A stretch of 24,000 nucleotides of DNA from Bacillota bacterium (GCA_035254305.1 DATFAS010000077.1:1-24000); one strand, 5' to 3'. Counted from the first letter of the stretch, positions 1 to 9,260 are shown. Notes: generated from the sequence alone by a model not told the origin. Translations and numbers: made by a program.

Positions 1-1197
1 TTCTACTCCAATCGCCCGCCATTGTTCCTGAACAATCTGAGAAACCATTTCTCTTATTTTGTTCCCTTGATTCGTCATCAGTACAAAGGAAAATTTCTTT
101 CCGTCTTTATCTAAGATCCCATCCCCATCATGATCCTGCCATCCTGCTTGTGCTAATAGCTTTTTAGCTAGTTTCGGATTATAAGGGTATTGTTCTAATT
201 GATTGTTGTAGGCCCATTGAAGGGGCGAGCCATGGGTATAAGCCACTTGGCCTTGCCCTTCTAAGACCACATCAACTATTTGTTTTCGATCCAGTGCATA
301 GGTTAGTGCCTGACGTACTCTTTGGTCTGTAAAAAGAGGGTTTTTCAGATTATATCCTATATAGGTATAAGAAAGTGACGGTTGTGAAGCTATCTTAATT
401 TTTCCTTGTTTTTCAAACAAACGACCTACAGATAGGTCTGTAGGAGGAATATTCATCATATCGATCCCACCTGATTGAAGTTGAATCAACTGAGCATTCT
501 GGTCAGGTGCTATTCGAAAATAGACCGTATCAAGCCTTGGTTTTCCCTTGAAAAAGGATGGATTAGCCTTAAGCTTGATATACTGTCCATCCTTCCATTC
601 TATAAAACGAAAAGGTCCTGTCCCAATGGGCTGCTTGGTATTAAAAGGGTGCTCAGCTAGTTTGTCAGAAGAGATTTTGCCTAAAATATGTTCCGGTAAT
701 ATGGCGTACGCACAAGTAGTCAGAAAGGGAGCATAGGGTTCTGAGAGTGTAAACTGCACAGTATATGGATCAATTTCCCGGATTCGTTTTATTTTCTCAA
801 AGTCAGAGCCTCGAGGGCCTGAATAGCCTTTTGCTCTTGGAATACTATAGGAATATATTACATCCTTAGCTGTAACCTCTTCACCATCATGAAACTGAAC
901 GCCTCTCCTAAGATGAAAGGTCCAATTATAACCATCAGGTGAAACATTCCAACTCAATGCAAGATCAGGAATGGGATTTAAATGCTCATCGAAGGTAACT
1001 AAACCGTTATATAAGAGAGATTCTACCTGACTACTAGAAGCGTCAGCTGAATAGTAGGGATTAAATAAAGTGGGAGAACCACTAGAGCCAATAATGATGG
1101 AATTTTTCTTTGTGCCCTCAGCCTGTAGAACGGTGGACGGTAGGATGACAAAAATGAAGGAGAGAATAATAGAAAAAAAGGGATAAATTCGTCGCAT
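1..1197 (-). CDS. ABC transporter substrate-binding protein, family 5 (peptide/nickel, OppA/DppA-like); partial, C-terminus lies beyond the window start
   Basis: My own reverse-strand translation from ATG (complement of 1195-1197) gives MRRIYPFFSIILSFIFVILPSTVLQAEGTKKNSIIIGSSGSPTLFNPYY...LALSWNVSPDGYNWTFHLRRGVQFHDGEEVTAKDV. This is a signal peptide followed by typical SBP_bac_5 motifs. The frame stays open to position 1. It is absent from the ORF track because no stop lies in the window. Confidence 0.85.
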   Translation of the reverse strand, partial: MRRIYPFFSIILSFIFVILPSTVLQAEGTKKNSIIIGSSGSPTLFNPYYSADASSSQVESLLYNGLVTFDEHLNPIPDLALSWNVSPDGYNWTFHLRRGVQFHDGEEVTAKDVIYSYSIPRAKGYSGPRGSDFEKIKRIREIDPYTVQFTLSEPYAPFLTTCAYAILPEHILGKISSDKLAEHPFNTKQPIGTGPFRFIEWKDGQYIKLKANPSFFKGKPRLDTVYFRIAPDQNAQLIQLQSGGIDMMNIPPTDLSVGRLFEKQGKIKIASQPSLSYTYIGYNLKNPLFTDQRVRQALTYALDRKQIVDVVLEGQGQVAYTHGSPLQWAYNNQLEQYPYNPKLAKKLLAQAGWQDHDGDGILDKDGKKFSFVLMTNQGNKIREMVSQIVQEQWRAIGVE

Positions 1198-1282
1198 TCA
1201 ACACACTCCTTTTTGTTCCATTTTCCCCCAAAAGATATTTTTTACTCATAAAAGAAGAGCAAACCATAAGGTTCACTCTTCT

Positions 1283-1390
1283 TTAGCTTGTTTTTTTCTT
1301 TCCTGACTTAATAAACATTAATGCAAGTAAAACTAACGGTACAGCCATAGAACCAATGAGACCAGCCATGGTAATCGTATGCCCATCCAT
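1283..1390 (-). CDS. Small hydrophobic peptide (35 aa, one predicted TM helix plus a basic tail); hypothetical
   Basis: ATG at 1390 is preceded by AAAGGGGGGAAAG (complement of 1397-1410). Translation is MDGHTITMAGLIGSMAVPLVLLALMFIKSGKKKTS. A TCGACA-16-TATAAA promoter-like motif lies upstream, and a hairpin (AAGAAGAG...CTCTTCTT, about 1251-1285) lies at the 3' end. This frame differs from track ORF 1308..1493. Confidence 0.35.
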   Translation of the reverse strand: MDGHTITMAGLIGSMAVPLVLLALMFIKSGKKKTS

Positions 1391-1578
1391 ATGAATACTT
1401 TCCCCCCTTTTCCCTTATATACCTAGATTTTATACAGAAAATGGGTATTCTGTCGATAGGTATATCCGTTAAAAATAGGGGAAAATAGGGCATTTCACAA
1501 AATTGTTATTTTTTACGTTCGTTATTGGTAAAAAGAAATAGTGCCTGGCTTAAATCCAATTAAATGATACCTTCCAAT

Positions 1579-1812
1579 TTAATATTTTGCATTAATCCGT
1601 TCACATTCTGGGCAAACCGCAATACGTCCTGATTTCCCACTCTCATCTTCAACCGTATATCCTTTTAGTAATTCTGAGTCACAGTATAAGCATTCCGAAC
1701 GGAAATCCATATCATGATTCGCTTTCCAAGTGTAGGGCTTGAATGTTTGGCCCACACTGATGGGAGAAAAGGAAACTGTCTCTTCACTACCTAATCGATC
1801 TGCGAATTCCAT
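1579..1812 (-). CDS. Hypothetical small zinc-ribbon protein (77 aa)
   Basis: Track ORF. It has two Cys pairs (CLYCDSE ... CPECE) typical of a zinc ribbon, and GGAGGAAGG lies upstream of the ATG. I recognise no family. Confidence 0.55.
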   Translation of the reverse strand: MEFADRLGSEETVSFSPISVGQTFKPYTWKANHDMDFRSECLYCDSELLKGYTVEDESGKSGRIAVCPECERINAKY

Positions 1813-1908
1813 CTAGCCTTCCTCCTTATCATCTTATAATTAAGTACTATTATTTCCAAAAGAAAGAAGAACCAAACAAAATTTTCAAAAAATAATTTAT
1901 TAAATACA

Positions 1909-1937
1909 CAAAAAAAGCTTGAGGAATACCTCAAGCT
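1909..1937 (-). terminator. Rho-independent terminator downstream of the aminopeptidase gene
   Basis: Perfect 9-bp stem AGCTTGAGG (1916-1924) / CCTCAAGCT (1929-1937) with a 4-nt loop. On the minus strand it is followed by a run of 7-8 T (A-run 1909-1916). Confidence 0.7.
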
Positions 1938-1948
1938 ACATACAAGTA

Positions 1949-3064
1949 CTATTTAAGATTCTCTGGATTTAATACCTCCAGCTCAGGAACAACAAATCGC
2001 CCATCCTTACGAATTAGACGATTATCGAACCAAATTTCTCCTCCACCATATTCAGGTCTTTGGATAAATACAAGGTCCCAATGGATACTTGATACATTCC
2101 CATTAGAAGCCTCGTCATAGCATTGTCCTGGGGTGAAGTGAATGGATCCATCAATTTTTTCGTCAAACAGGATATCTTTCATGGGCTCACGAATGAAGGG
2201 ATTAATCCCAATCGCAAATTCTCCTACATATCTTGCACCCTCATCGGTGTCGAATATCTTATTGATGCGCTCCGTATCATTAGCCGTTGCCTCTATTACT
2301 TTTCCGTTTTCGAAACGAAGTTTTACATTTTCAAATACAAAGCCATTGTATGGGCTTGGTGTATTATACGAAATCACTCCATTTACACTTTCGCGGACTG
2401 GTGCTGTATAGACTTCCCCATCCGGGATATTGAGCTGACCGTCACATTTGATTGCCGGAATCCCTTTGATAGAGAATTTTAAATCTGTTCCTGGTCCCAC
2501 GATTCTAACCTGGTCTGTTTTATTCATTAGTTCAACAAGTCCGTCCATAGCTTTTGACATTTTGCCATAGTCCATAGTGCAAACATCAAAATAGAATTTC
2601 TCAAACGCTTCCGTACTCATTGATGCTAATTGTGCCATGTTCGGATTTGGATAACGTAGAACGACCCACTTTGTCTTTTTAACCCGAATCATCGAATGCA
2701 CGGTATGATTATAATATTTGTTATAAAGCTTTAATTTCTCATCGGGAACATCCGATAACTCATAAATATTTTGCCCACCGCGAACTCCTATGTATGCTTG
2801 CATCATGGTCATCTGATTGGCATCAAACTCAGCCCATGTTTTGATCTGTTCTTCCGTTGCTTCTAGGAGTAGCTCCCGGGTAATTTGGTTATCACGAATA
2901 TTAACAAATGGACGCCCGCCTGCCTTGTGAACCTTTTGAACGAGTGCTCTGACAAGTGCATTCTCAATCCCAAACGCCTCAATTAAAACATTCTCACCAG
3001 ACCCAACCCGAGTGGAATAATTAACAAGTACGTCAGCTAAACGTTCTATACGTGCATCTAACAT
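1949..3064 (-). CDS. ampS: Aminopeptidase, peptidase family M29 (AmpS/PepS type)
   Basis: 371-aa ORF. MLDARIERLADVLVNYSTRV..., the overall length, and ...GEFAIGINP...DEKIDGSIHFTPGQ...HWDLV match thermophilic-metalloprotease (M29) aminopeptidases. A RBS and a terminator are present. Confidence 0.9.
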   Translation of the reverse strand: MLDARIERLADVLVNYSTRVGSGENVLIEAFGIENALVRALVQKVHKAGGRPFVNIRDNQITRELLLEATEEQIKTWAEFDANQMTMMQAYIGVRGGQNIYELSDVPDEKLKLYNKYYNHTVHSMIRVKKTKWVVLRYPNPNMAQLASMSTEAFEKFYFDVCTMDYGKMSKAMDGLVELMNKTDQVRIVGPGTDLKFSIKGIPAIKCDGQLNIPDGEVYTAPVRESVNGVISYNTPSPYNGFVFENVKLRFENGKVIEATANDTERINKIFDTDEGARYVGEFAIGINPFIREPMKDILFDEKIDGSIHFTPGQCYDEASNGNVSSIHWDLVFIQRPEYGGGEIWFDNRLIRKDGRFVVPELEVLNPENLK

Positions 3065-3344
3065 TCTTTTCGCCCCTTTCTTTAAGTTCCACCATAATTA
3101 TACTCTTTTGCCATATAGGACGTAAGTCAAGCATCTTTTCTATTTCTATTTTTTCAATTGTGGAAGATACTAAAATAAGATATAGAATTCCCAAAAATAT
3201 ATAGGATTATCACAAGCCCTTTCCCCCATGCCCAAATTACAAGCAGTCTTTCTCACCTCTACATATATTGTATGATAAGAACCTAACCATTAAATGGAAG
3301 GAAGTTAATCCTAGAAATTTAATTTGGAAGGAGGAAAGACCAGT

Positions 3345-3836
3345 TTGAAGCGCAAACCTATACTGTATAATATGAAGGGTTCTGCTGCTGCTTTCAACCA
3401 TCCTGGGAATTTTTTTGTACCCATTGTTGAGAAAGCAAAGCACAGTGTGATATCAATAGAAACAAAAGATCGCGGAAACAGCCGACAAAGCGATTTCTTA
3501 TTTTCATTCCTTTTTCCTAATAGTGAATCAGTAAGCACAACCAAAAGCTTTGGGACAGGATTTATCATTCATTCCAGCGGCTTTATTTTGACCAGCGAAC
3601 ATGTTGTCCACAATGCACAACAAATCCTAGTCAAACTCTATAGTGGAGAGCAGCGAGTGGCAAAAGTGGTATGGTCTGATGAAAAGAGGGATTTGGCCGT
3701 CCTACAGATTCCTACTCGCAAACCGCTATTCCCCCTCCCCCTTGGTTCTTCCGAAGAAAGTAGGGTTGGGGAATTAGTCATCTCCGTAGGCAATCCGATG
3801 GGTCTTGATCATACTGTAACGATAGAGTGTATATGA
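3345..3836 (+). CDS. 5' segment of a split trypsin-like serine protease gene (S1C/HtrA-like, no PDZ). The authentic coding part is 3345..3821; the last 5 codons (IECI-stop) are read from the inserted element
   Basis: TTG at 3345 lies 10 nt after AGGAGG (3329-3334). Translation contains GTGFIIHSSGFILTSEHVV (catalytic His codon 3600-3602) and KRDLAVLQI (catalytic Asp codon 3690-3692). It ends VGNPMGLDHTVT and then diverges. The catalytic Ser motif is absent from this piece. Confidence 0.85.
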   Translation: MKRKPILYNMKGSAAAFNHPGNFFVPIVEKAKHSVISIETKDRGNSRQSDFLFSFLFPNSESVSTTKSFGTGFIIHSSGFILTSEHVVHNAQQILVKLYSGEQRVAKVVWSDEKRDLAVLQIPTRKPLFPLPLGSSEESRVGELVISVGNPMGLDHTVTIECI

Positions 3837-3882
3837 TCATAGCCAAAAATAAGTGGGGGATTTGTACGAATAAAAATAAACG

Positions 3883-3914
3883 ATAAAAAAACTGAGATAA
3901 TAGGATCTCAGTTT
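3883..3914 (-). terminator. Rho-independent terminator after the HPr gene (end of the mtl-pts transcription unit)
   Basis: Perfect 10-bp stem AAACTGAGAT (3889-3898) / ATCTCAGTTT (3905-3914) with a 6-nt loop. On the minus strand it is followed by TTTTTTT (A-run 3884-3890). Confidence 0.75.
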
Positions 3915-3946
3915 ATGAAAAACCATTCTTATAGATTTTTTACTTT

Positions 3947-4207
3947 CTATTCTACTTCAGTCGTAAGTATTTCTTCTAAAGCAGTAACTGCTTGCTTCTC
4001 ATCAGAACCATTAACAATTAATTTTACTTCTTCACCCTTCTTGATTCCAGCCGCCAGTAATCCCATAATGCTTTTCCCATTTGCTTCTTTCTTATTCGTA
4101 ACTAGTTTGATATCGCTGCTAAAGCTAGTCGCCTTTTGAACGAAAAGTGTAGCAGGACGAGCATGAAGACCATTAGGAAGAGCTATTGTTATGCTTTTTT
4201 CTATCAT
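3947..4207 (-). CDS. ptsH: Phosphocarrier protein HPr (PTS)
   Basis: 86 aa. MIEKSITIALPNGLHARPAT has His15, and GKSIMGL has Ser46. The RBS is AGGAGTGG. Unusually, it lies downstream of ptsI. Confidence 0.9.
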   Translation of the reverse strand: MIEKSITIALPNGLHARPATLFVQKATSFSSDIKLVTNKKEANGKSIMGLLAAGIKKGEEVKLIVNGSDEKQAVTALEEILTTEVE

Positions 4208-4220
4208 TTAAATTCCACTC

Positions 4221-5939
4221 CTATTTTAAAAAATATGTCTTTACGTAAGAAGATACCTCATCAGCCGTATCCATAGATAGGATGTGGTCAATATGAGAAT
4301 CCACATCTCCCTTAGCCATCTGACCAATTTGACTTCTTGCAGCCAATATAGAGGTTGCACTCATACTGAATTCGTCTAGACCTAATCCGATTAATATAGG
4401 GATAGCGATTTCATCACCAGCCATTTCCCCACACATACCTACCCATTTTCCTTCCTGATGCGCAGCCTTAATCACCATTTGTACCAGGCGAAGAATAGCT
4501 GGATTATATGGTTGATACAAATAGGCAACTTGTTCATTCATTCGATCTGCTGCCATGGTGTATTGAACTAAATCATTGGTTCCAATACTGAAGAAATCAA
4601 CTTCCTTACTAAATCGATCAGCCATTACAGCTGTAGCGGGGATCTCCACCATTATTCCAATCTCAAGCTTCTTAGAAACAGCAATTCCTTTCCTGATTAA
4701 TTCCTTTTTTTCCTCTTCAAGGATTTCCTTGGCTTTCCTAAGCTCCCCTAAAGTAGAAATCATAGGGAACATAATCTTGAGATTTCCATAGGCACTCGCC
4801 CTAAGTAATGCCCGCAACTGGATACGGAATAACTCCTGTTGGTCCAAGCATAAACGGATAGCTCGGAAGCCTAGGAAAGGATTAAGTTCTTTCGGCAGCT
4901 CCATGTAAGATAACTGCTTATCTCCACCGATATCTAGTGTACGGATCACCACTGGCTTATCGCCCATTTGCTCTACAACAGATTTATAAGCTTGAAATTG
5001 TTCTTCTTCAGAAGGGAACTCATCTCTTCCCATATATAGGAACTCTGTGCGAAATAGCCCGATTCCTTGTGCTCCGTTTTCAAGAACAGCTACAACATCT
5101 TCCGGTCTTCCAATATTCGCTGCTAATTCAACGCTATGTCCATCCTTTGTAACCGAAGGAGAATTCACCAATTTGGCAAGCTTAGCTTTTCTTAATTCAA
5201 AGTCAGCTTTCTGCTCTTGGTATTCCACGATTTCATCTTCTGTTGGATCGATAAGAATAAGCCCATTAATCCCATCCAAAATAAGCTGAGTGCCCGCTTG
5301 AATTTCTTCTGTTCCACTCTTAGTACCCACAACAGCCGGAATTTCTAACGAACGGGCCATAATAGCTGAATGGGAGGTCCGCCCCCCTATATCAGTAACA
5401 AACCCTTTTACATATTGACGATCTAATTGAGCTGTATCAGATGGGGTTAAATCTTCAGCAATAAGAATAACCTCCTCAGATAAATTGCTCAACGAAGAAT
5501 ATTCTAAACCAAGAAGGTAGTGCAGTACTCGTTTCGAAATATCCCGAATATCTGCTCCACGTTCCTTCATATACTCATTATCCATATTCTCAAACATTTC
5601 AATATACATTTGAGAAACATCATTTAATGCCGACTCTGCATTCACTCTTTCACTTCTCATTTTCTCATTAACCGCATCAAGAAGTTCGGGATCGTCTAGA
5701 ACCAGGAGATGAGCACTAAAAATAGCTGCTTTCTCAGGGCCCATCTCCGCCTGTACTTTATCTCTTATCACGATTAAATCTGCCTTTGACTTCTCAATAG
5801 CTTCTTGCAACCGTTTCATTTCTAAAGAAACATCTTCAACCGTTTTCGTTTCAATCATAAGCTTCGGTGTTTTTAACAGGATTGCCTTCCCTATCGCAAT
5901 TCCTGAAGAAGCTGCAATCCCATACATTTTCTGCGACAA
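4221..5939 (-). CDS. ptsI: Phosphoenolpyruvate-protein phosphotransferase (PTS Enzyme I)
   Basis: 572 aa. It has the [21 protein letters not shown] phosphohistidine motif, and the PEP-utilising C-terminal domain ...GMCGEMAGD.... It has a TTG start 8 nt after GGAGGGG. Confidence 0.95.
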   Translation of the reverse strand: MSQKMYGIAASSGIAIGKAILLKTPKLMIETKTVEDVSLEMKRLQEAIEKSKADLIVIRDKVQAEMGPEKAAIFSAHLLVLDDPELLDAVNEKMRSERVNAESALNDVSQMYIEMFENMDNEYMKERGADIRDISKRVLHYLLGLEYSSLSNLSEEVILIAEDLTPSDTAQLDRQYVKGFVTDIGGRTSHSAIMARSLEIPAVVGTKSGTEEIQAGTQLILDGINGLILIDPTEDEIVEYQEQKADFELRKAKLAKLVNSPSVTKDGHSVELAANIGRPEDVVAVLENGAQGIGLFRTEFLYMGRDEFPSEEEQFQAYKSVVEQMGDKPVVIRTLDIGGDKQLSYMELPKELNPFLGFRAIRLCLDQQELFRIQLRALLRASAYGNLKIMFPMISTLGELRKAKEILEEEKKELIRKGIAVSKKLEIGIMVEIPATAVMADRFSKEVDFFSIGTNDLVQYTMAADRMNEQVAYLYQPYNPAILRLVQMVIKAAHQEGKWVGMCGEMAGDEIAIPILIGLGLDEFSMSATSILAARSQIGQMAKGDVDSHIDHILSMDTADEVSSYVKTYFLK

Positions 5940-5951
5940 GATCTTCCCCTC

Positions 5952-7109
5952 CTATTTCACTTCAAGTTTTCGAAGATCATCGACTTGTTTCATCACAATG
6001 GAAAAGAGAGGGTGATCAACTGGAATTTGCGTATACTTACGGATGGTCTCCTCCATTCCTACCTCTCTAATGCTATTTTGAATTTCCACTGCTTCTGGAT
6101 CGCCAGGATAATCGAATAAAAGAGCACCCGCAATTCCTTTTGCCAGATGTATAGGAGTAATCCCATGTTCAAACGCCTGCATAGCTGGTCCTACCAGACG
6201 ATCATTCGGAGATAGCTTGCGTATGGGAGAACGTCCAACTCTGATCAATTCGTCCGATATAAACGGATTTTGGAACCTATTCATGATTTTATCGGTGTAT
6301 TCTAAATGCTTCTTTTCATCAAATTGATGCTTTGCTTTAAGAAGCTGTCCAGTTTCAAGCAATGTCTGTCTTACGCTATCAACAATGTTTTCATTCTTCA
6401 TAGCTTGATCAATAGTCTTTAGGCCATGTTGGTAACCTAAGTAAGCAGTAACTGCATGCCCTGTATTTACTGTAAACAACTTCCGTTCAATATAAGGGGT
6501 TAAATCCCTGACAAAGGTAATTCCTTCAATCTTAGGAACAGGACCAATAAATTGAGATTCATTAACAACCCACTCATAAAAAGGCTCAACTGTCACAAGT
6601 AATTTATCATCATGATTTTGAAGAGGAACAATTCGATCAACAGCCGCATCTGGAAAGCCAATTTGCGCCATTACCTTAGCTTTAACCGCTTCTTCAATAT
6701 TTTCCAAAACATAGGATTTTAATTGTGTACTTCCACCAACCATATTTTCGCAGGCAATCACATTCAAAGGCTGATCGCTTTTACCGATTCGCAACGAAAT
6801 TCCTTTGGCAATAACCGGTGCAATATACTTAAGAATATTAGGACCGACAGCAGTAGTAACAAGGTCTGCATTAGCAATAACATTGGCTACCGCCTCTTCA
6901 TCTTTCCCAGAAATAGCTCGTACACCTTGGATGGTGAACGTCTCTTGCCCCATATCTGCTAACCTAACTTGATATTCTTTGCGGGAACTGATCTCATTGA
7001 CTAGCTCTTGATTGACATCTACAAAACACACTTCATATCCAGATTGGTATAGTAATTGTCCAATGAACCCTCTTCCGATATTTCCAGCCCCAAAATGAAT
7101 CGCCAGCAT
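5952..7109 (-). CDS. mtlD: Mannitol-1-phosphate 5-dehydrogenase
   Basis: MLAIHFGAGNIGRGFIG NAD-binding N-terminus, about 385 aa. I prefer ATG 7109, which starts 1 nt after the mtlF stop with GAGGG upstream, over the longer track start at 7193, which would overlap mtlF. Confidence 0.9.
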   Translation of the reverse strand: MLAIHFGAGNIGRGFIGQLLYQSGYEVCFVDVNQELVNEISSRKEYQVRLADMGQETFTIQGVRAISGKDEEAVANVIANADLVTTAVGPNILKYIAPVIAKGISLRIGKSDQPLNVIACENMVGGSTQLKSYVLENIEEAVKAKVMAQIGFPDAAVDRIVPLQNHDDKLLVTVEPFYEWVVNESQFIGPVPKIEGITFVRDLTPYIERKLFTVNTGHAVTAYLGYQHGLKTIDQAMKNENIVDSVRQTLLETGQLLKAKHQFDEKKHLEYTDKIMNRFQNPFISDELIRVGRSPIRKLSPNDRLVGPAMQAFEHGITPIHLAKGIAGALLFDYPGDPEAVEIQNSIREVGMEETIRKYTQIPVDHPLFSIVMKQVDDLRKLEVK

Positions 7110-7110
7110 A

Positions 7111-7548
7111 TTACATCCCTCTTTCAAAAATGTCGATAATTTCTGCTTCTGACTGGGCCTTAACAATATCCTCAATATTTTTTTCTTCCGCACAAACCAA
7201 AGCGATATTCGATAACAGCTCTAGATGCTCGTCTCCAACGGCTGCAATTCCAATTAAAAGATAGGCTACATTCCCCTCTCCAAAATCCACACCTTTTGGA
7301 AATTGAACAACGGAAATCCCAGTTGATTGAATCCAGCTTTTAGAATCATTTGTTCCATGAGGAATCGCCACACCGTTGCCTATATAAGTTGTAAGCAATT
7401 CTTCTCTTTCCTGCATCTTCCCAATATATTCTTCTGAGACATGCCCTGCTTCCACTAGTAAGTTCCCAGCTAGTTCAATGGCTTCTCTTTTATTTGAAGC
7501 ATAAGCATTTAGCTTAATTTTTTTTGGTGATAGTACTGTCTGTGTCAT
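7111..7548 (-). CDS. mtlF: PTS mannitol-specific EIIA component
   Basis: MTQTVLSPKKIKLNAY...GNGVAIPHGT (phosphorylatable His). About 145 aa from ATG 7548, with GGGAG 9 nt upstream. The track start at 7614 is an unsupported extension. Confidence 0.9.
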   Translation of the reverse strand: MTQTVLSPKKIKLNAYASNKREAIELAGNLLVEAGHVSEEYIGKMQEREELLTTYIGNGVAIPHGTNDSKSWIQSTGISVVQFPKGVDFGEGNVAYLLIGIAAVGDEHLELLSNIALVCAEEKNIEDIVKAQSEAEIIDIFERGM

Positions 7549-7627
7549 GATGATCTGCTCCCTTTCCTTAAACAAAAGTATATTATCTATTGTTGACATT
7601 ATTAAATATAGCATCTCTTACAATTAA

Positions 7628-7656
7628 AATATAACCTTTAATATTAACATTTTCAA
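7628..7656 (-). promoter_or_regulatory. Candidate sigma-A promoter inside the mtlA-mtlF spacer
   Basis: Read on the minus strand: TTGAAA (7656-7651), a 17-nt spacer, then TATATT (7633-7628). It lies in a very AT-rich spacer, so chance matches are likely. Confidence 0.3.
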
Positions 7657-7723
7657 CAAAACTAAATATAAAACAGTAACAAAACATGTTGCCAAAATTA
7701 AATTTAATATCCCGTGCCCAACC

Positions 7724-7755
7724 AATAAGAAACGCTAGTTTCTAAACTAGCGTTC
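7724..7755 (-). terminator. Terminator-like hairpin immediately after mtlA
   Basis: 11-bp stem AACGCTAGTTT (7731-7741) / AAACTAGCGTT (7745-7755) with a 3-nt loop. It is followed on the minus strand by the weak U-tract TCTTATT. Confidence 0.4.
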
Positions 7756-7761
7756 GCCATA

Positions 7762-9198
7762 TTATCCTAAACGTTTTACCAATTCATCATATTTAGGGCT
7801 ATTTAAGAAATTTTCTACAGAAATATGTTCCACTGATGGGGCCTTAGCCTTTGCTCGTTCTGTAAGAGACTTATGAGTAATAACAATATCTGCATCACTA
7901 GGTATTTCATTTATAGCTGTATTGATTACAGTAATGTCCAAACCGGCATCCTTGACTTTCTTCCGTAGAATAGAAGCTCCCATAGCACTAGACCCCATTC
8001 CTGCATCACAAGAAAAGACGATTTTATTCACCGGAGTAGCCGCACTTGCAACTACTGCTTCCTCTTCCTTATTAGCTACAGATATTGCTGCTTTTCTTCC
8101 TTTAATCGATTCCATTTTTTCTGTTGCCTTCTCTAAATCATCATCTTCCACAGCTTGATTAGTCATCTTAAGTAAAGCTGAAGCAATTGCAAACGATACA
8201 CCCGTAGCAACAACCACCCCTGCTAACACTGGCAATAAACCACCTTTAGGTGCCATAGCCATTAATGCAAAGATACTTCCTGGTGATGGAACTGCAACTA
8301 ATCCTGCGTGAAGCAGTTGGAATGTAAAGGTCCCTGCAACCCCTCCACCAATCGCCGCCAAGATCAACCGAGGATTCATCAATATATAAGGGAAGTAAAT
8401 TTCGTGAATACCACCAAGAAAATGAATGATAATCGCACCTGGAGCAGACTGCTTCGCTGTTCCACGACCAACCAACCAATAGGCTAATAAGATTCCAAGT
8501 CCTGGACCAGGATTTGGTTCTAATAAGAAGAAAATAGATTTTCCTGCTGTTGCAGCATCCTGTAAACCTATAGGGCTTAATACCCCATGATTAATGGCAT
8601 TATTTAAGAAGAGAACCTTTCCTGGCTCAATGAATACATTCGCTAGGGGAAGTAACCCGGCATGTACAATTGCCCCAACCCCAGCAGCCAATAGCTTACT
8701 AACCCCTTCAACAACCGGACCCACTAAACTAAAGGAAAGAAGGGCAAGAATCGCTGCTATAATACCCGCTGAAAAGTTATTGACTAACATTTCAAAGCCA
8801 GATTTAACTTTTCCCTCAATCGATTTATCAAATTGTTTGATCACCCATCCACCTAGCGGACCCATGGCCATTGCGCCTAAAAACATAGGGATATCGGTTC
8901 CAACAATAATACCCATTGTGGCAACAGCCCCTACGACCCCTCCTCTTGTATCATGAACCATCTTCCCGCCTGTATATCCAATCAACAATGGGAGTAAATA
9001 AGTAATCATGGGTCCAACTAGTTTAGCTAGATGCTCATTAGGAATCCAACCAGTCGGAATAAATAATGCCGTAATAAACCCCCAAGCAATAAACGCTCCG
9101 ATATTAGGCATAACCATCCCACTTAAAAATCTACCGAACTTCTGAATACGGACACGTAACCCTACAGATTCTGTGTTTCCTGCTGCAGTACCTTGCAT
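7762..9198 (-). CDS. mtlA: PTS mannitol-specific EIICB component
   Basis: 478 aa. It has the ...[20 protein letters not shown]... EIIC membrane domain, and the C-terminal EIIB motif [20 protein letters not shown] with the phospho-Cys. The RBS is GGAGGAGG. Confidence 0.95.
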   Translation of the reverse strand: MQGTAAGNTESVGLRVRIQKFGRFLSGMVMPNIGAFIAWGFITALFIPTGWIPNEHLAKLVGPMITYLLPLLIGYTGGKMVHDTRGGVVGAVATMGIIVGTDIPMFLGAMAMGPLGGWVIKQFDKSIEGKVKSGFEMLVNNFSAGIIAAILALLSFSLVGPVVEGVSKLLAAGVGAIVHAGLLPLANVFIEPGKVLFLNNAINHGVLSPIGLQDAATAGKSIFFLLEPNPGPGLGILLAYWLVGRGTAKQSAPGAIIIHFLGGIHEIYFPYILMNPRLILAAIGGGVAGTFTFQLLHAGLVAVPSPGSIFALMAMAPKGGLLPVLAGVVVATGVSFAIASALLKMTNQAVEDDDLEKATEKMESIKGRKAAISVANKEEEAVVASAATPVNKIVFSCDAGMGSSAMGASILRKKVKDAGLDITVINTAINEIPSDADIVITHKSLTERAKAKAPSVEHISVENFLNSPKYDELVKRLG

Positions 9199-9260
9199 AA
9201 ATGTGCCTCCTCCAAAATTGAATTTGTTGCCATTTTTTCATTTTATTTTTCCTTGAATCA

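Noticed and set aside
1308-1493. The 61-aa track ORF on the minus strand.
   Set aside because: Its translation is Trp/Tyr/Cys-rich nonsense spanning a promoter-like region. A different frame in the same DNA (1283..1390) has a RBS and a coherent TM peptide.
2123-2482. Antisense or overlapping ORFs in the track: 475..736, 2123..2482, 2142..2411, 3237..3568, 3915..4139, 4576..5289, 5867..6070, 6723..6962, 7922..8158, 8246..8479, 8594..8956, 9628..9813, 13101..13289, 13336..13539, 16619..16837, 17790..18086, 18542..18908, 19519..19716, 20186..20707 and 21214..21495.
   Set aside because: All lie inside, and opposite or out of frame to, strongly supported genes. They have no RBS and give low-complexity or compositionally odd translations. 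They are typical shadow ORFs.
3262-3269. A sigma-E-like -10 (CATATATT) upstream of the protease 5' half, as evidence for sporulation-specific expression of the target gene.
   Set aside because: There is no convincing -35 partner at the right spacing, and the region is AT-rich. The match is too weak to report as a feature.
7110-7614. The longer track starts for mtlD (7193) and mtlF (7614), and for hom (12857).
   Set aside because: The extensions overlap the upstream gene or the riboswitch terminator, lack RBSs, and add residues that are not family-like. Internal ATGs with good RBSs give canonical N-termini (MLAIHFGAGNIGRGF, MTQTVLSPKK, MEKISIAILGLG).
7549-7761. A possible PRD-antiterminator RAT element or a small RNA gene in the mtlA-mtlF spacer.
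   Set aside because: MtlR-type regulators are DNA-binding activators, not RNA antiterminators. I cannot recognise a RAT-like sequence overlapping the hairpin. It is reported only as an unexplained hairpin and spacer.
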